DNA of 64,000 bases. Origin: Guillardia theta CCMP2712. Lineage: Eukaryota; Protista; Cryptophyta. The stretch lies in contig NW_005434659.1 of the NCBI RefSeq assembly GCF_000315625.1, forward strand, positions 334,770 through 398,769. Reading direction: 5' to 3'. This document shows, piece after piece, positions 1-12,541 of the stretch. The notes beneath the pieces are model-generated. The model saw only the letters and a list, made by a program, of their open reading frames with translations. It searched no databases and was not told the origin of the DNA. A program made the position numbers and the translations under genes. How positions within the stretch are numbered: position 1 is the first letter of the stretch; each line of letters starts with the position of its first letter.

Positions 1-744
1 GACTCCCTTCCCTCATCCCTGTAATTCAATGATTGTTGCCAGAGCTTTGTGCTATTGGACAAAGAGAATTTTCACAACGGTGCGGGAACTTCATGCTTGA
101 TTCGACTGGAAAGAGTCAAACGTCAAGTCCAACTACTCATGATCTATCTGCATGGGCCTACGCGGGTCCGTAGAGACCAGGTAGAAGGTGAGACTGGGTC
201 TCGAGATGGGCTTCCCAGTCCGGTTGTTGGGCCTGACGAATTCGGTACACATTCAGGCCCATGGAATGAGTGTGTGTTCAGGATAAAGAGGAGAGAACGA
301 CAATCTACAGTGATCGCTCATTTTCTCGGATACGTCTCGATGTGTTCGGAACGTCTCACTGCTTGAGACGCCATGCATGTTCATCTTGTCCAACTTTTCA
401 CCCTAGCATCACCTTGTTGAACGTCAACTCCGGCCCGGACATGCCCCAGGCATATCCCGGCATTTCCATCCATCATCGTAGATAGTCATGTGAGCCGACG
501 GGCATGAGGCGTTGGAGCCCGCTGCTCTGCCTCCTCGCAGGCAAGGGGGATGCAAATGGGGCAGTGGCACATTAGAAAGAAGTTGAGGAGGACGAGACCC
601 GGGTTACCTGGTGTGAAGAAACGTGCTGGAGGGCCGACGCTCCTCCATCATATGCAATGACTTACAGCACCTCAGATATCTGTCGAGATCGTAGAAGCAG
701 CATCGAAGCAGTTCTTGGCTTGCTGCTTTCCTAAGATCAGAAAA

Positions 745-829
745 AAATATATGCCGCAGCTCAGATTCTTCTACCTTCATCTCTGCTTTCCTGATAAAGG
801 TAGAAGACTCTGAACTGCGGCATACATTT
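745..829 (-). ncRNA. Candidate hairpin RNA (pre-miRNA-like), 37-bp stem with 11-nt loop
   Basis: Arms 745-781 and 793-829 are reverse-complementary with 4 mismatches; 3 are A-C on + and therefore G-U on the - strand RNA. Confidence 0.4.
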
Positions 830-1190
830 CCATGCCTGGTGGCATACTTACACCCTTAGCCGAGAAAACACAGCAAAAGCATGGCAGCAGGTTTTGACAA
901 GGGTACTGGAAGAGATCGGAGCTCCTTTAGTTTGCGTTTCCGTGATCCTTTTCGGCTAATCGTGACCTTTTCAGCTGTATGATGATGCCAGCGCAGTCAT
1001 CAAGGGCAGAGGATGCCTGCGCTGGAGTTCAGAGCTACCAAGAGCAAGATCGTCTCATTGCTGAAGTGGAAGGAGATTTGTTGTGATGAGATGCAGGAGG
1101 ACCGTGTCACAGGTTGATTGTTGTTTATCTATGTACAGTAAACTAAATGTCCCAAATGCCCCCTCTTCTCCCTAGTTCTGTCTGACTTCC

Positions 1191-1343
1191 TCATGTCGTC
1201 TTCGTCGCCTTCTGCCTCGCCTGCTGTATACTCGACAGCAGCATGCCTGACGGCCCGCTGCATCGCACCACCAGGGGCTTCTTGAGGACGAGGGACTCGC
1301 TCTTGACAGTGATGTAGAACATTCTTGGCGGCTTCGTTGGCAT
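1191..1343 (-). CDS. 50-aa microprotein, paralog A (MPTKPPRMFYITVKSESLVLKKPLVVRCSGPSGMLLSSIQQARQKATKTT)
   Basis: Near-identical to 2743-2889; identity ends a few nt past the shared stop; GC3-rich codons; an upstream exon is possible. Confidence 0.5.
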   Translation of the reverse strand: MPTKPPRMFYITVKSESLVLKKPLVVRCSGPSGMLLSSIQQARQKATKTT

Positions 1344-1939
1344 CTGCTTCAGGTTATAGTTGACGTTACACGATCTATTCATGCTGTTCAGGTTTTGATG
1401 GAGGACCACGAAGAGAGGAGGAAGGATTGGGTCGAGCTTGTGTGGAGAGGAGGAAGGAGGGAGTTCAGGAGAGTCTGTGTGGTTGAACAAGTCAAAGGTT
1501 TCCTGAAAGTGACAAGCTCAGGAGGGAACGTGGGAGGAGCAGGGAGTTAAGATGAGTCGCAGGAGAAAGGGATTGGGACAAAGAGGAAAGGGAGGAAGGG
1601 GGCGGGGAGGGCTGCTGGTGCAGGAGGTGCTTCTTCTGCTTCTTATAGTAGCGATGCGATGAGGTCGCAAGAGATCTCGAGGTGGAATAAGAGTTCGCCT
1701 GCTGACGGGGGTTACACCCCGATGCTCCGAAAGGTGCACTATTGGCGGCTCGCCCGACCGACTCCGGGAACTCGGAACACTGGTACAAACTTTAGGTACA
1801 AACTCGGCCATGCCGGCTGCCCTGAGGGTCTCCTTTTACTCAAAGGGTCAGTGAGTGTCAGTGACCCGCCGGCCGCCGCTGAGCAGACGGTGCGACCGTA
1901 CGTGGTAGTAAACTTCGTCAGCCGGATGAATCTTCTCTT

Positions 1940-2218
1940 TACTCAAAGTTAAGTTAAAGATCAGTACGAGGACAATCAGGAGAGGAATACTACACACAAC
2001 TTGATCATAACTAATGAATGAAGAGTTTTACTTCGACACTTTGTCACATCCTTTTGGCGATTTCTTTTCTTCGAGACAGCAGTAGGCAGGATCAGGGTTG
2101 GTACTCGCTGTCTTTTTTCTTTCATTCTCGCTGTATGCCTGCCAGTGCGACAGTGTCAGGGTCAAGCCTCCTCTACTCTCCTGATTGTCCTCGTACTGGT
2201 TCAACTTAACTTTGAGTA
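1940..2218. mobile_element. MITE-like element with about 44-bp terminal inverted repeats
   Basis: 1940-1984 (tactcaaagttaagtt...cagtacgaggacaatcaggagag) is the near reverse complement of 2176-2218; TA at both outer ends; a third TIR copy lies at 39416-39452. Confidence 0.55.
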
Positions 2219-2742
2219 GCTTCAAGCGCGGGTGTGTCAAAAACGGACCCTCCTACCTTCCTCGTCACTTCTGACGAACCTAGTGGCTGGTTGCGAGTAC
2301 TTTCCTTTCGTTGCCAAGTTGAACTCTGATCAGACTGCAAGTGACTGGCTCAGATGCGTGGGCATCGGTCCAATCCGATCGTGCATCGCACGGTACGATT
2401 CTCTCTTTCGATGTCAATTCAGCGCTTCACCAAATAATAGGCGCTCGATGGAATTCATGCGAGCTCTTTCCTCGCTCTGCTCAGTTTGCTCGAGGATAGA
2501 AGCCTTCATCGATTTGACGTTGCAGTTCTTCGTTTCAGGGCATCGAAGTGTGCAATCATGAATGTGCGACTGCAAACTAATGTTGCAAAGACATCATGCA
2601 AAAAATAAAAAAACAAAAACAACAATCGAACTTTATTCTTTTCTTCTCGTTAACACAACATCGAATCGAGCTGCTATTGTACATTGATTTTTCCTTCTCC
2701 TCCTTCTGCTAATTTTACACTTTCTGCCACAGTATGGCTTCC

Positions 2743-2889
2743 TCATGTCGTCTTCGTCGCCTTCTGCCTCGCCTGCTGTATTCTCGACAGCAGCATGCCT
2801 GACGGCCCGCTGCATCGCACCATCAAGGGCTTCTTGAGGACGAGGGACTCGTTCTCGAGGGTGATGATGAAAACTTTGGTGTTCTGCAT
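2743..2889 (-). CDS. 48-aa microprotein, paralog B (MQNTKVFIITLENESLVLKKPLMVRCSGPSGMLLSRIQQARQKATKTT)
   Basis: Paralog of 1191-1343 with conservative substitutions in the diverged 5' part; (CA)n leader and a TATA-like word upstream. Confidence 0.5.
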   Translation of the reverse strand: MQNTKVFIITLENESLVLKKPLMVRCSGPSGMLLSRIQQARQKATKTT

Positions 2890-3319
2890 GGGATCTTGGC
2901 CAGTAATTCTTCGTGTTCTGCTGTGTGTGTGTGTGTGTAGAGCGTGGTAAAGCACTTTGGTGACGCAGGGCGATCCTGGACTGAACTGATATAGCCGGGA
3001 GGGGCTGACTGACTGTTTGGTCCCGAAAAGAAGGGATTTCGAGGGATTAGAGCTTTGACTATCAAATGCGACTAGTACAACTTCGTACTCTTGAAGGGGC
3101 GGGAGACAAACGAAGGGGTGGGGTCCCCGAAGTTGAAATGTATCCCTCGAAGGGTGGGGTCTATTCACGAAAACCGGAGCGGTGGTTTTAGAGGGATCAT
3201 CAGTATTCCGCCCGGCATGACGGGTGGGGCGATACTGGCGGTTGAGCGCCTCCCAACTCTATAGGTATTTCTGCTTCTAGCTGTCATTTTACCTCAGGCT
3301 CAGTCATTTTACTACAGTG

Positions 3320-5180
3320 GTTTACTCCTCGCGGCGCAAGTTGAACTCCGAAGACACGAAGTACCGTACCCTGACCGTCACGCCGCGTAGCACCGTACTG
3401 GCAGCGCCGGGCCGGGGCCGCCCGGCCGGCCCGGGCCTCCTCCCCGGGCCCCGCCGGGGCCTCCGGCCCCGGGGCCTGCCGCGGCAGTGCGGCGGGCCCA
3501 GTGGCGGGCCCGCGGCCTGGCCGCCGGGGCGGGCCACGCCATAAGTTAACGCTGGTTACTTAGTTCAACAGTGATCATCGAATCGGACCCGGCTGACACT
3601 GTCTTACCGTCGGCGCCGGCCTGCTGTCACGGTCAGTGTCGCCTGGCCGCGACCCGGCGTACGGTCCGAGTCCGGGCCGATCGGACTCCGAGGCTCCGCC
3701 GCCGCGGGATCGCCGATCCGCCGCGGCGGACCGTACCGCGGCGGACCGTGACTGGCCCGGGGCAGCCGCCCGGCCCGGCCCACGGTACGGCACGGTCACT
3801 CACCGGGACGGTGAGTCAGCGGCCACCCCTTGAACCCGGGAGTAACTGAGCCTGACTCTGAACTCAGTGACCCGGTACTACTGACCGGGCCCGGCCGGGT
3901 ACTCAGCGGCTAATACTTGAAGGCTAGTAGCTACCGTAGACGCGCGGCGGCCGCGCGAGGCTGCCGCCGCTGACGGCCCGGCGGTCCGATCGGACGGTCA
4001 GCCGCCCGGCGTGACCGCCGGGCCGCCGGAAGTGACCGTACGTGACTCGTGAAGTCAAGTTCGTCGCCCGCGGGCGCGCCGCGGGCGCCGGCCCGGCCGG
4101 CGGCGGGCCGCGCCGGGTGACTCGCCAGCGGACTCAGCGGCGACGTTCATGATCATCGGATACCGGCCGGGCGCCGCCCGTCGGACAGTCGCCGGCCCTC
4201 GGATAGGCTACCGTACCGTTTTCATAATCCGACAGCGGCGTACTACCGTACCGTACTACGGCGGCGTACCGTAGTACGGCAGCCGGGCCGCCGCGCACGG
4301 ATGATCGGATGGCGGCGCGGCCCGGCGGGCCGGGGCGGCGGGCGGCCGCGCCGCCCCGGCGGCCCCCGCGACCGGGGGCGAGTCCGCCGCCGGGAAGGCT
4401 TGGAATGCCAGGTCGGGAGCCTCCGTCCGACGGTCAGCCTGGCTCTCAGTCTCCGGGCAGAACTTAGGGCGGCTCAGAGCCGGCCTGGCAGTCTTGAAAC
4501 CTAATGATGGCCGCCGTCCTGCCGCAGCCGCTGGAATGCGCACGGCGCAGTGTCACAGTGTGCCGAGTCCAACCGTTGAACCGGGCCTCCAAACTCAGTA
4601 CTGAACTGACCCGATGCCTTCACACCCTCCAGTATCCCGGATGATCCGAGACGGTCAGGGCCCGGCCGTCAGGCTCGGAGCCTGGAGTGCGGCCAGTGCC
4701 CACCGTCACGGGCGGCCGCGGCGTTGTTACTGAGCTGCCACCGAGCGGCGGCCGCCGCAGGGGATCGGACAGATACAGTGACTCTGACGCCGGTAGTGAC
4801 TAGCCGGGCTCAGTTAGTACCGTGCCACCGTGGCGTCAGTTCGAACTTGCATACAGACCGTCGACCGGCCCGGTTCCTGGCAGTCCTGAGTTCCGTTCCC
4901 GGGCCCGGCGAGTGGAAGTTGCCATGATCATTGGCCGGGCCCCGGGCAGGCCCCGGCCGGGCCGCGCCGGGCCGCCGGGCGCCGGTCCGAGTGTGATCGG
5001 ATCACGGTCTGTCACGGTCGACCGCCGCGCCGGGCCGGCCCGGGCCCACGGCACTGTGACGGTACGGTCCGGCGGAGCCTCCGAGGAGTCCGATACTAGG
5101 TCTCACCGGACGGAGCGTCGGACGTGCGGCCGTCTGTCGACTCACGAGGCTCTGAACCGTTGAACGCGGCACCTTCGCGG
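3320..5180. repeat. GC-rich, palindrome-word mosaic island (CCGG, GGCC, GTAC, GATC, GTCAC/GTGAC, ACTCAG)
   Basis: Non-coding-looking mosaic of short self-complementary words with many local hairpins (e.g. ccgtactacgg/ccgtagtacgg near 4250-4280); shares a 17-mer with the 12.8-kb island. Confidence 0.7.
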
Positions 5181-5239
5181 CGATTGAAGGAGATCGGTTT
5201 TAAATGTTTTTTTTCAAGTCCTAGGACCATGGCCCTACG

Positions 5240-7190
5240 AATACGTACCCACCCCCTTTCTGTTTCTCCCATCACTAAAACATTGTACTATGTCTAAGAT
5301 GTATTTTTATGGTCCTCGCACGATGTACCCCCCCTTCTGGTACTGATCTCGATTGTGAGATACCGGTACCTTGTGCAATCTCAGATGTGAGATCGCACTG
5401 TTTCATGACCATCCCAGTCCCTGAGCACGAATAGCTGAGGTTTTGACGGAACCCTCCGGTGGTCTTAGATACATATCCGTTCCTTCATCAGTACCCCTAC
5501 TATTTCCTCGCACTTTTTCACCTTCACCCTACCTCCTCGTGCCAATGGATGACTACCCCTATCCCCACCCTTCTTGAAGCTCTTTCGGAACATTTCCTTT
5601 CTACGCAGAAAATTCATTTTTTCCCTCTGAGGGTGGTTGTGGTGAGGTGGGGTATATGGGTAGGTCTTTGGGTAGGGTGGGCGGGTTTTGTTCTACACCT
5701 TCACGTTGTGAGGAGAAGTGTAGCCCTTTCCCATCACCCCCTCGAACAATGCCCTACCCCTATGGACCACCCCTTCTCCTCCGGTATCCATTTTCCGCTC
5801 GCTAATCCATTATTCGACTTTAAAAGTCTTATTTAGTTCCAAACAGAACTTGGCTACAAACATTAGTTTAAAAGCAGTGGCAGGTCACTGAAAAAGGCTT
5901 CTGTTATCCATAGACTTTTTTGTTGGAAATATACTGCAAATCCTCCAAGTTCTACAGATCTCCCATAAATCCCTGGAATCTCCTCAGTTTACTATAAATT
6001 CCCTTTACCAGTACCAAAAAATTGAAGAGGACATGACAGAAAAAACACATCATCAGGACTATGCCGCTCAATTGCAAACTCGTTGTGAGGGTCATATTTA
6101 CCCCCTTTCCTCCAAATCACGATTGGGAAAATAGGGGTGGTTGTGATGGGTGTTAAAAAGGTGTGCCCCATCGTTAATCCGTCTACGGACGGAAAGGGGG
6201 TGGGGTAGACTAGAATGGGTGCTAAAACAAAGGGCCAATCATGGGCCAAGACCCGGTGGATTCACAGACCAGGACATCGAGCAGGGGTAGTAAAAGTCGA
6301 GGTCTCCAGCCCTGAGAAAGAGTGATTTCAGGTCCTTCGTACTAGGTGTTTTAAGATTAAAAACATGTTTATATCAAACATACCAAACGTCGAGGTTTAG
6401 GGGGAACGATCGGGGGAGAATCTCCAACGTTTGTGGTTCCTTGGTACTAACTGAATTTCTTTCTTTTTTATTTTTCTTTTTTCTTGCCAAAAAAATATTG
6501 CTGACGAATAAAATGCAAATTGACCCACCCTTCGCTATCCAGATTGTACCCGTACCCCTGTATGTTTGTGAACAGAAATTTACCCCTACCCCCGTATCTC
6601 CCACAGAAAGACCCTGCTTATGCCCCAATCACGAGATGGAATCAAGACCCCACCAGTTCGATTAGAGCCCCCTCTGCACCCACCCTTGCTACAAAGGTAC
6701 CCCCACCATCAAACGCCCATTACGTTACCTCGTGATCGACACACACCGGTCCTTTTTACATGGAGTACCCATCCATATTGAGATCTGAAGCGATTCTGAT
6801 ACCCCTGCAGGGGTACAGAGTAGGTGGGTGGGGTCCTTGGGTTGTATCTTCATAGGAGAATAAAACTATAGTTATTAACGGGGTTTATGGGTGGGGAATC
6901 TTGGGGTGTGTATCACCAGGGGGTGGATAATAGTACCGGTCATTCAAAACAGTCAAGAGGTAAGGTCAACCCGTGCTTTTAAGGGTATAATGACCCCTCA
7001 CCTCCCACTTCCGTCCAGTGGGAGCATCTCAGACCCTAGTGATAATACAACCCCTACCCTATAGCCCTTGACATGTAGTCACTACCCCTACCCCAGTATA
7101 ATGATGCCAGTGTTCCTTTTAGGAACCTCACCTGACCCCCGTCGCTCTACACGCTACTGCTATTGGCCATACCACCCACCCCACCCCTGA
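5240..7190. repeat. GGGGT/ACCCC-word-rich intergenic island
   Basis: Dense TACCCC, ACCCAC, GGGTAG and GGGGT words with no credible ORF; lies upstream of the + strand Zn-finger gene. Confidence 0.6.
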
Positions 7191-7587
7191 CCAGGAGAAA
7201 AATGTTTAAAAGATTTATAATCAGGCTGCGGTCGGAGGGCATGCAGAGGGTAAAGCAGAAAGGAGAACAGTGGCTGAAAAAATGTTGCATGATATAAGGA
7301 AGGGATGGGAATGGGCGAATGATGGATGTTTGATGTTTGATCTATGAACATGCTGAGCCTGAGGAGAATAGAGGAAAGGGAGAGTTTTCGGAAGAGGATC
7401 CTGTTGAGCTATCAAATTGCGGATTCGTTGGGGATCTTTGATAGGAGCTGAACTTCGTTACTGTATGTAGTCTGAGAGACTTTCATTGAAAACTTGTATT
7501 GCTATCGAAGTGATATTTCCTGATATTCTTCCCGTTTTCTTTAGGATTCATTAGCAAACGCCTTAATGACGTGCCACGTTCAAAGCA

Positions 7588-9062
7588 TGTCTCCATGCTC
7601 GCCTTCATCGACCTCGACGATACCAGCGTATGATTCAGACAGTGCAGGAACAGATAGATCGAATCAGAACACTGGAGCAATGATGCAGAAACACAATTCA
7701 TCGGGAGCGACTGACACGACATGCACTCTTGACCCGATCCAAGACTCTGGCTTCCATGGTATCAAGGAGTTCCCTGGTTCAATGGTGAAAAGCATCGACA
7801 AAGCGACGAAACCCAAGGAAAGTTACAATAAGACTCAGATTTCGAAGCAACCAAGGATGTGCGCATATGAGCATTGCCCTTCTCCCATGCATTCAAACAA
7901 GTGGAGGGTGGTCACCCCTCAAACGAGTGCAGGAGGCAGAGACTGGCTTCCTCTTCTGGGGATGACGTTGTGTGATTCTTGCTACTCAACCTACCGAAAG
8001 CATGCAACGTAAGCGTCCATATCTCTGCACTTCTCTGCTTCCTTGATCTCACTCCTCTGCAGATTTGTTCGATCCGTGCGCACAGCGGAGGGATGGGCTC
8101 GGTTCGATCGGGAGACCAAAGAACACGTGTTGAACAAGCCACGAAGTGGAAATGTGAAGCGCCTCAGAAACTTCGAGCCGGATCAAGACTCGCCGATCCG
8201 AAAGAGAGCGAAGTCAATGCGCAAGAATGATGCCTGGAAGGAGGTGACTGGAAATGCTGTGAAAAAGATTTTCATGTACGTTCTGACGATGCGAGCAGAG
8301 CAAAGAGGCGATGATGTACTCTGCATCGGATGAAAAAGAGGACGAGAGGATCGATCGTCCAAGTCGTGCACGAAAGCCTAGTGCAAAGCTAAGAGATGCT
8401 TTGAGGTGATGTTGCCTCGATCTGTCCTTGATCGCTGAGATCATTCCTTCAGTACAATCGATACAGCGTCGAAATCGGAGCGGAAATCTATCTTGCAAGC
8501 GAAGGTAAATGATTTTACTTGTTGGCGCATCAAGATCTCACTTCTCCAATCAGAGATCATTGGATTCCGGTAGCATGCCATGTTCAGATTCTCGACGAAT
8601 GTCTTACACCTTGTACTTTCAAGCTGTTTGGTTCTTTGCTTCCTCACTTCTTGTAACAGGTTGGACCGTGAAGATATTTCCTACGATGCTTACAACTCAA
8701 TGATGGGACTTGACGGTCAGCAAGAGCTCTCAAACAACGAGACGGAGGCGTGGTCTCCAGATGACGTAGGGAGTTTCTTTGCTGCGGTTCTGCGACTTAC
8801 AAAGTCGCAGTTGCTGGAAGAATCATCAGAGGGAAACGAAGTCCTTCTATATCAAGATTACGAGGCCGTCATGGACAACATGTGCAACTTAGTTGGGTAT
8901 GTCATGAGCAAGTCCTGGGATCTCTCCGCTGACCAGCTCGCAGCTCCTACTGCGAGTCGCCGCTACTTCTCGAGGGCGATCTCGCGTGAGGTCGAGAAAG
9001 AGGTCGAGCTCTGTAACCTAGCGAAGCATATGCTCTCGTGTATCATTATACAAGTTTCCTGA
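7588..9062 (+). CDS. Multi-exon protein with atypical GATA-like zinc finger (C-x4-C-x31-C-x2-C)
   Basis: CAYEHC...KWR...LCDSCYSTYRKH; the intron starting gtaagc at 8009 joins in frame to FVRSVRTAEGWARF; 3' exon structure is approximate. Confidence 0.6.
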
Positions 9063-9188
9063 TCTCTCTTAAATGAAGATTCATAATGGTTCCCAAAGTT
9101 TCCAGAGGTTCTCGCTCCCAGTACTTTGGACGGCCCGCTGGCCCATCATGGGGCCCATGAAGCTTGAAGAAGCTGCTGCATCCTTGTC

Positions 9189-9604
9189 CTAAGGCTGTCC
9201 TCCTCTCCTCTCATACCACCCATGGGATTTGCTGTGCGCGGCGGTGAGCTGAACTGAGAAGAGGGAGGAAGAGCAGCGCTGAGGGACATAGGTCGATGGT
9301 CCAGCGGAGAGGCGATGGTCTGGCAGCATGATCAGCAGGCGTTGGGTGACGGAGCAGCAGCACCTGTCGTAGGATGCGGAGCTGGTGGACGGTAAGCGAG
9401 ATCCTCCGAGCCTCCAATAGGTTTTCCCACCAGCACTTGAAGGACCTGGCGAGGATCCTGTAGACCGTGAGGTCCCATGACCACAGGAGTAGGCGAAGGA
9501 GCAGGAGGACTTCGAGTCAGGGGAAGGGGGGAAGAGGGGAGGGAGGGAGGGGGGAAAAGAGAGACAGAGACAGTTGCAGAGAGGGAGAGGGAGAGAGGGA
9601 GAGG

Positions 9605-9639
<35 letters not shown>

Positions 9640-12438
9640 CCTGGCTGGGAGGGAGGGAGGGAGGGAGGGAGGGAGGGAGGGAGGGAGGGAGAGAGAGAGG
9701 GAGAGAGTGAGTGAGTGAAGAGCAAGAGGAAGATTCGGGAGGAGGATGAAGTTGAGGTTGACGCTTGCTGGGAGGGGGCCTCACCTTATCCGCATCTTGG
9801 CCTCGTGCCCATTTTGAAGGATGCGCATGATGGTTGAAATGCGCACGGACAGGAAAACCTCTGTCTTCCACCTCCTCAGCGCGATCCAGACCATCCTCCG
9901 CTGCTCCCTCAGCTGCAGGGAGGAGGCGAGGGAGGAAAGGGAGGAGGGCGAGGAGGAGAGCTGTCGCCAGGAGGAGAGCAGCGCACGCAACCTCTCGCTC
10001 CTCTTCATCGTGCCGATCCGCTGGATCGCGTTGGCTCCGACCTTCCTCCTCCAATCGAACCATCTGAGCGTGCAGATCCATACATTTAGGCTCTTCCTCG
10101 CCACCTGCTCCTCCCTCCGTCCTCTCGCCCGCTCCTCCCTCCCCCGCACCCTCCTCCCTTCCTCAGCTACCCCTCTCCAACCCCCGGCCGCTCGCTCCTT
10201 CCTCCTCCACTCCGTCCTCTCCCTCACTCTCCAGTACGCCGCCTTCTCTGCCTGCCGTCGCCTCGTGCTCTCGCTCCAGGCCTGCATGCTCAGCTGAGCG
10301 GATCTGCGCCAGGAGCGGTAGTAGGCCTGCTCCTCGTTGCGCCGCAGCAATCGCTCAAACAGCATACTTCTTTTCCATCGCTCCATGCTTGTCTGTTTCT
10401 TCCTCCTCTGTTCTTCCTCTCTCTTCCTTTCAAGCTGCAAGCCGATCGCTTTGCTCCTCCACTTTTGCTGCTGTAGCAGACGAACGAGTCGAGCCAGGCG
10501 GTCGCCAGCCATCATTGCCTTCCTCGCGTGTCCCTCCAGCCCCCGTAGCCCCTTGTTCATCCTCCTCATCCTCCTCCTCTCCCCCGCTCTCTCCCCCTCC
10601 CCCTCCTGCATCCTCCTCACGACCTCAAGCCGCATCCTCCGCTTCCTCCGCTCCCTCCCTTCTGCATCCTCTAGCAACCCCCCGGCTAGCCCCGCTAGCC
10701 CTTCCTCTGCCCACTGCTTCTTTCTCACTCCCCGCCGCCACTCCTCCAGCCTCCTCCTCCCGTCTGCCGCCCGCCCGCCCTCCCTCATCTTGCTTGCGCT
10801 GATCCAGACTCTCGCTCTCCGTCGCCATGCCTGCAGCCGGACCCTGAGGGACCTGACAGCGACATCCACGGCGCATCTGGACAGGAGGCGGGAGGCCAGC
10901 AGCCTTCCTTCCCCTCGATTTCTCGCTAGCAGATGCCAGTGCAGGACAACGTTCCTCTCCTCCTTCCTCAAGGATTTCTCGTGCTGCTTTTCCCACCTCC
11001 TCCATGTCAAAGAGCTTGAGAACTCGTTCCACCTGTACAGCACCCTCCTCTGTACCTTCGACCTTGCCTGATCGCAGAATCTGTTCAACTTCCTTGTGAC
11101 GGCACTGACATGAGAGATGCGCGCAGACCAAAACTCAACAACTAGCGCACACAGGTTGAGACGAGCTCTTCTCGTCTTCGATGACAACAGCTTCCTTCTC
11201 CATCGGTTTCTCATCAGGTCCTGCTTCATCAGCAGGAAACACATACTCATCCTGTTCCGGCAAGACGAGTCAAACTTACACATCAACATTCTCTCTTGTC
11301 TTCTTTGTCCCAACAGGTTCGATCGAAACTCTTTGAAACAGCTCGACAGCAAACATCGCCTTCGGGCAGAAAGAAGAAGTCGTGCGAACCTTTCAGAAGT
11401 TCTATTGTTGTCCTTCCACCGTCGCCAACATAGCAAGCACCTCTTCAGACTCTCTCTCTTGATCCAACGGGAAAATCTTCTCTTCTCCCACCAGTCTTGC
11501 AAACTCATCAGATACAACAATCTCCAATCACATGCCATCAGGTGGTTCAGTCGCCCATGAGCCAACAAAACGATCAGTCGCTGTGATACGGAAGCGTGTC
11601 TTTGCCGCTGAAACTGACCGACGGCACGTCCAGTTCCATCCTTGTCCCTGCTCCTTGCTGAAGCAAGATCCAACCATCCCAAGAGATCTTTGGACTGCAT
11701 CCTCCCCGTCAACTTTATCCTGACCGCTAGGAATGCAAACATGCTCTTTACTTCCCGTGCTCTTGATCTCATGGCCAAGGACATCGACCATGCCAACATG
11801 GCGAACTTTCGCCTCTTCGCAGTCAGTCTGGAAGAGAGTCGGAGGCCATATTTCCTCCTGCTCGCAGCCCATCTGAGCGCGTGCAGGCTCATGCGCAGCA
11901 TCTGATAAAGAGGGCGGGAAAACCTGTAGGCGGCGACGTACGGGATCTCGCTGATCTGATTGTGCGGGTGCACTACCGAGCACTTGACGAGCTCGTGGTC
12001 GTACAAGTTCACTCGTTGCTTCACTCCAGACTGCTCACACATTGAGTCCGCGAGCTCGTCCGTTGTCCGTGCAGCCGCCCCCTCTCTTCCGTCTGAAGGG
12101 AGCAGCAGGATCCTCCACTGCGGCCTCCCTCCTTCCAGCATCCACTCCTCCTCCTGCATGCCCATGACCCTCACTCGTTCCTTTGCAATCCCCAAAAGTC
12201 CGGCGACACACATCCTGATCTTTCCATGGCATCGTTGGCAACAAATACCCCTCCCTCCTCCTTTTCCTCCTCGTGCGATTTGCAACCTCCTGTCAGCAGC
12301 CCAACAATGGAAGGAGAGGAGGACGAGTCTGGGATCATCACACCCCATCATCATCATCGCAAGTTTGCGCTCCTCATCCTCTTCTTCTGCTTCCTCCCCC
12401 TCCCCCCCTTTCTCTTCCGCTTGCGCATCCGGCTGCAT
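9189..12438 (-). CDS. Sfi1-like Trp-repeat helical protein (putative centrin-binding)
   Basis: 885-codon exon with recurring L-x3-[FL]-x2-W-[KR] motifs (LKRCLLCWRRWK, VQRRVLYRWN, VWIALRRWK); downstream exon ILARSFKCWW lies beyond an SSR intron. Confidence 0.7.
9520..9720. repeat. Intronic (GGCA)n/(GGGA)n/(GA)n microsatellites
   Basis: Directly visible tandem repeats. Confidence 0.9.
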
Positions 12439-12541
12439 TACAGAGGAAAAAGAATCATGAATTGAAATCGGAATTGGTTTTTGTGGACTGTCATCAGAAC
12501 GGTTTGATGTTTTTTTTTCACCTCAGTTCGAGTCACAGGCT

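Noticed and set aside
1-700. Short ORFs at the window start
   Set aside because: No recognisable domain or consistent exon chain
3317-5163. Multiple Pro/Arg/Gly/Ala-rich ORFs on both strands
   Set aside because: By-product of stop-poor GC palindromic sequence; no domain or splice support
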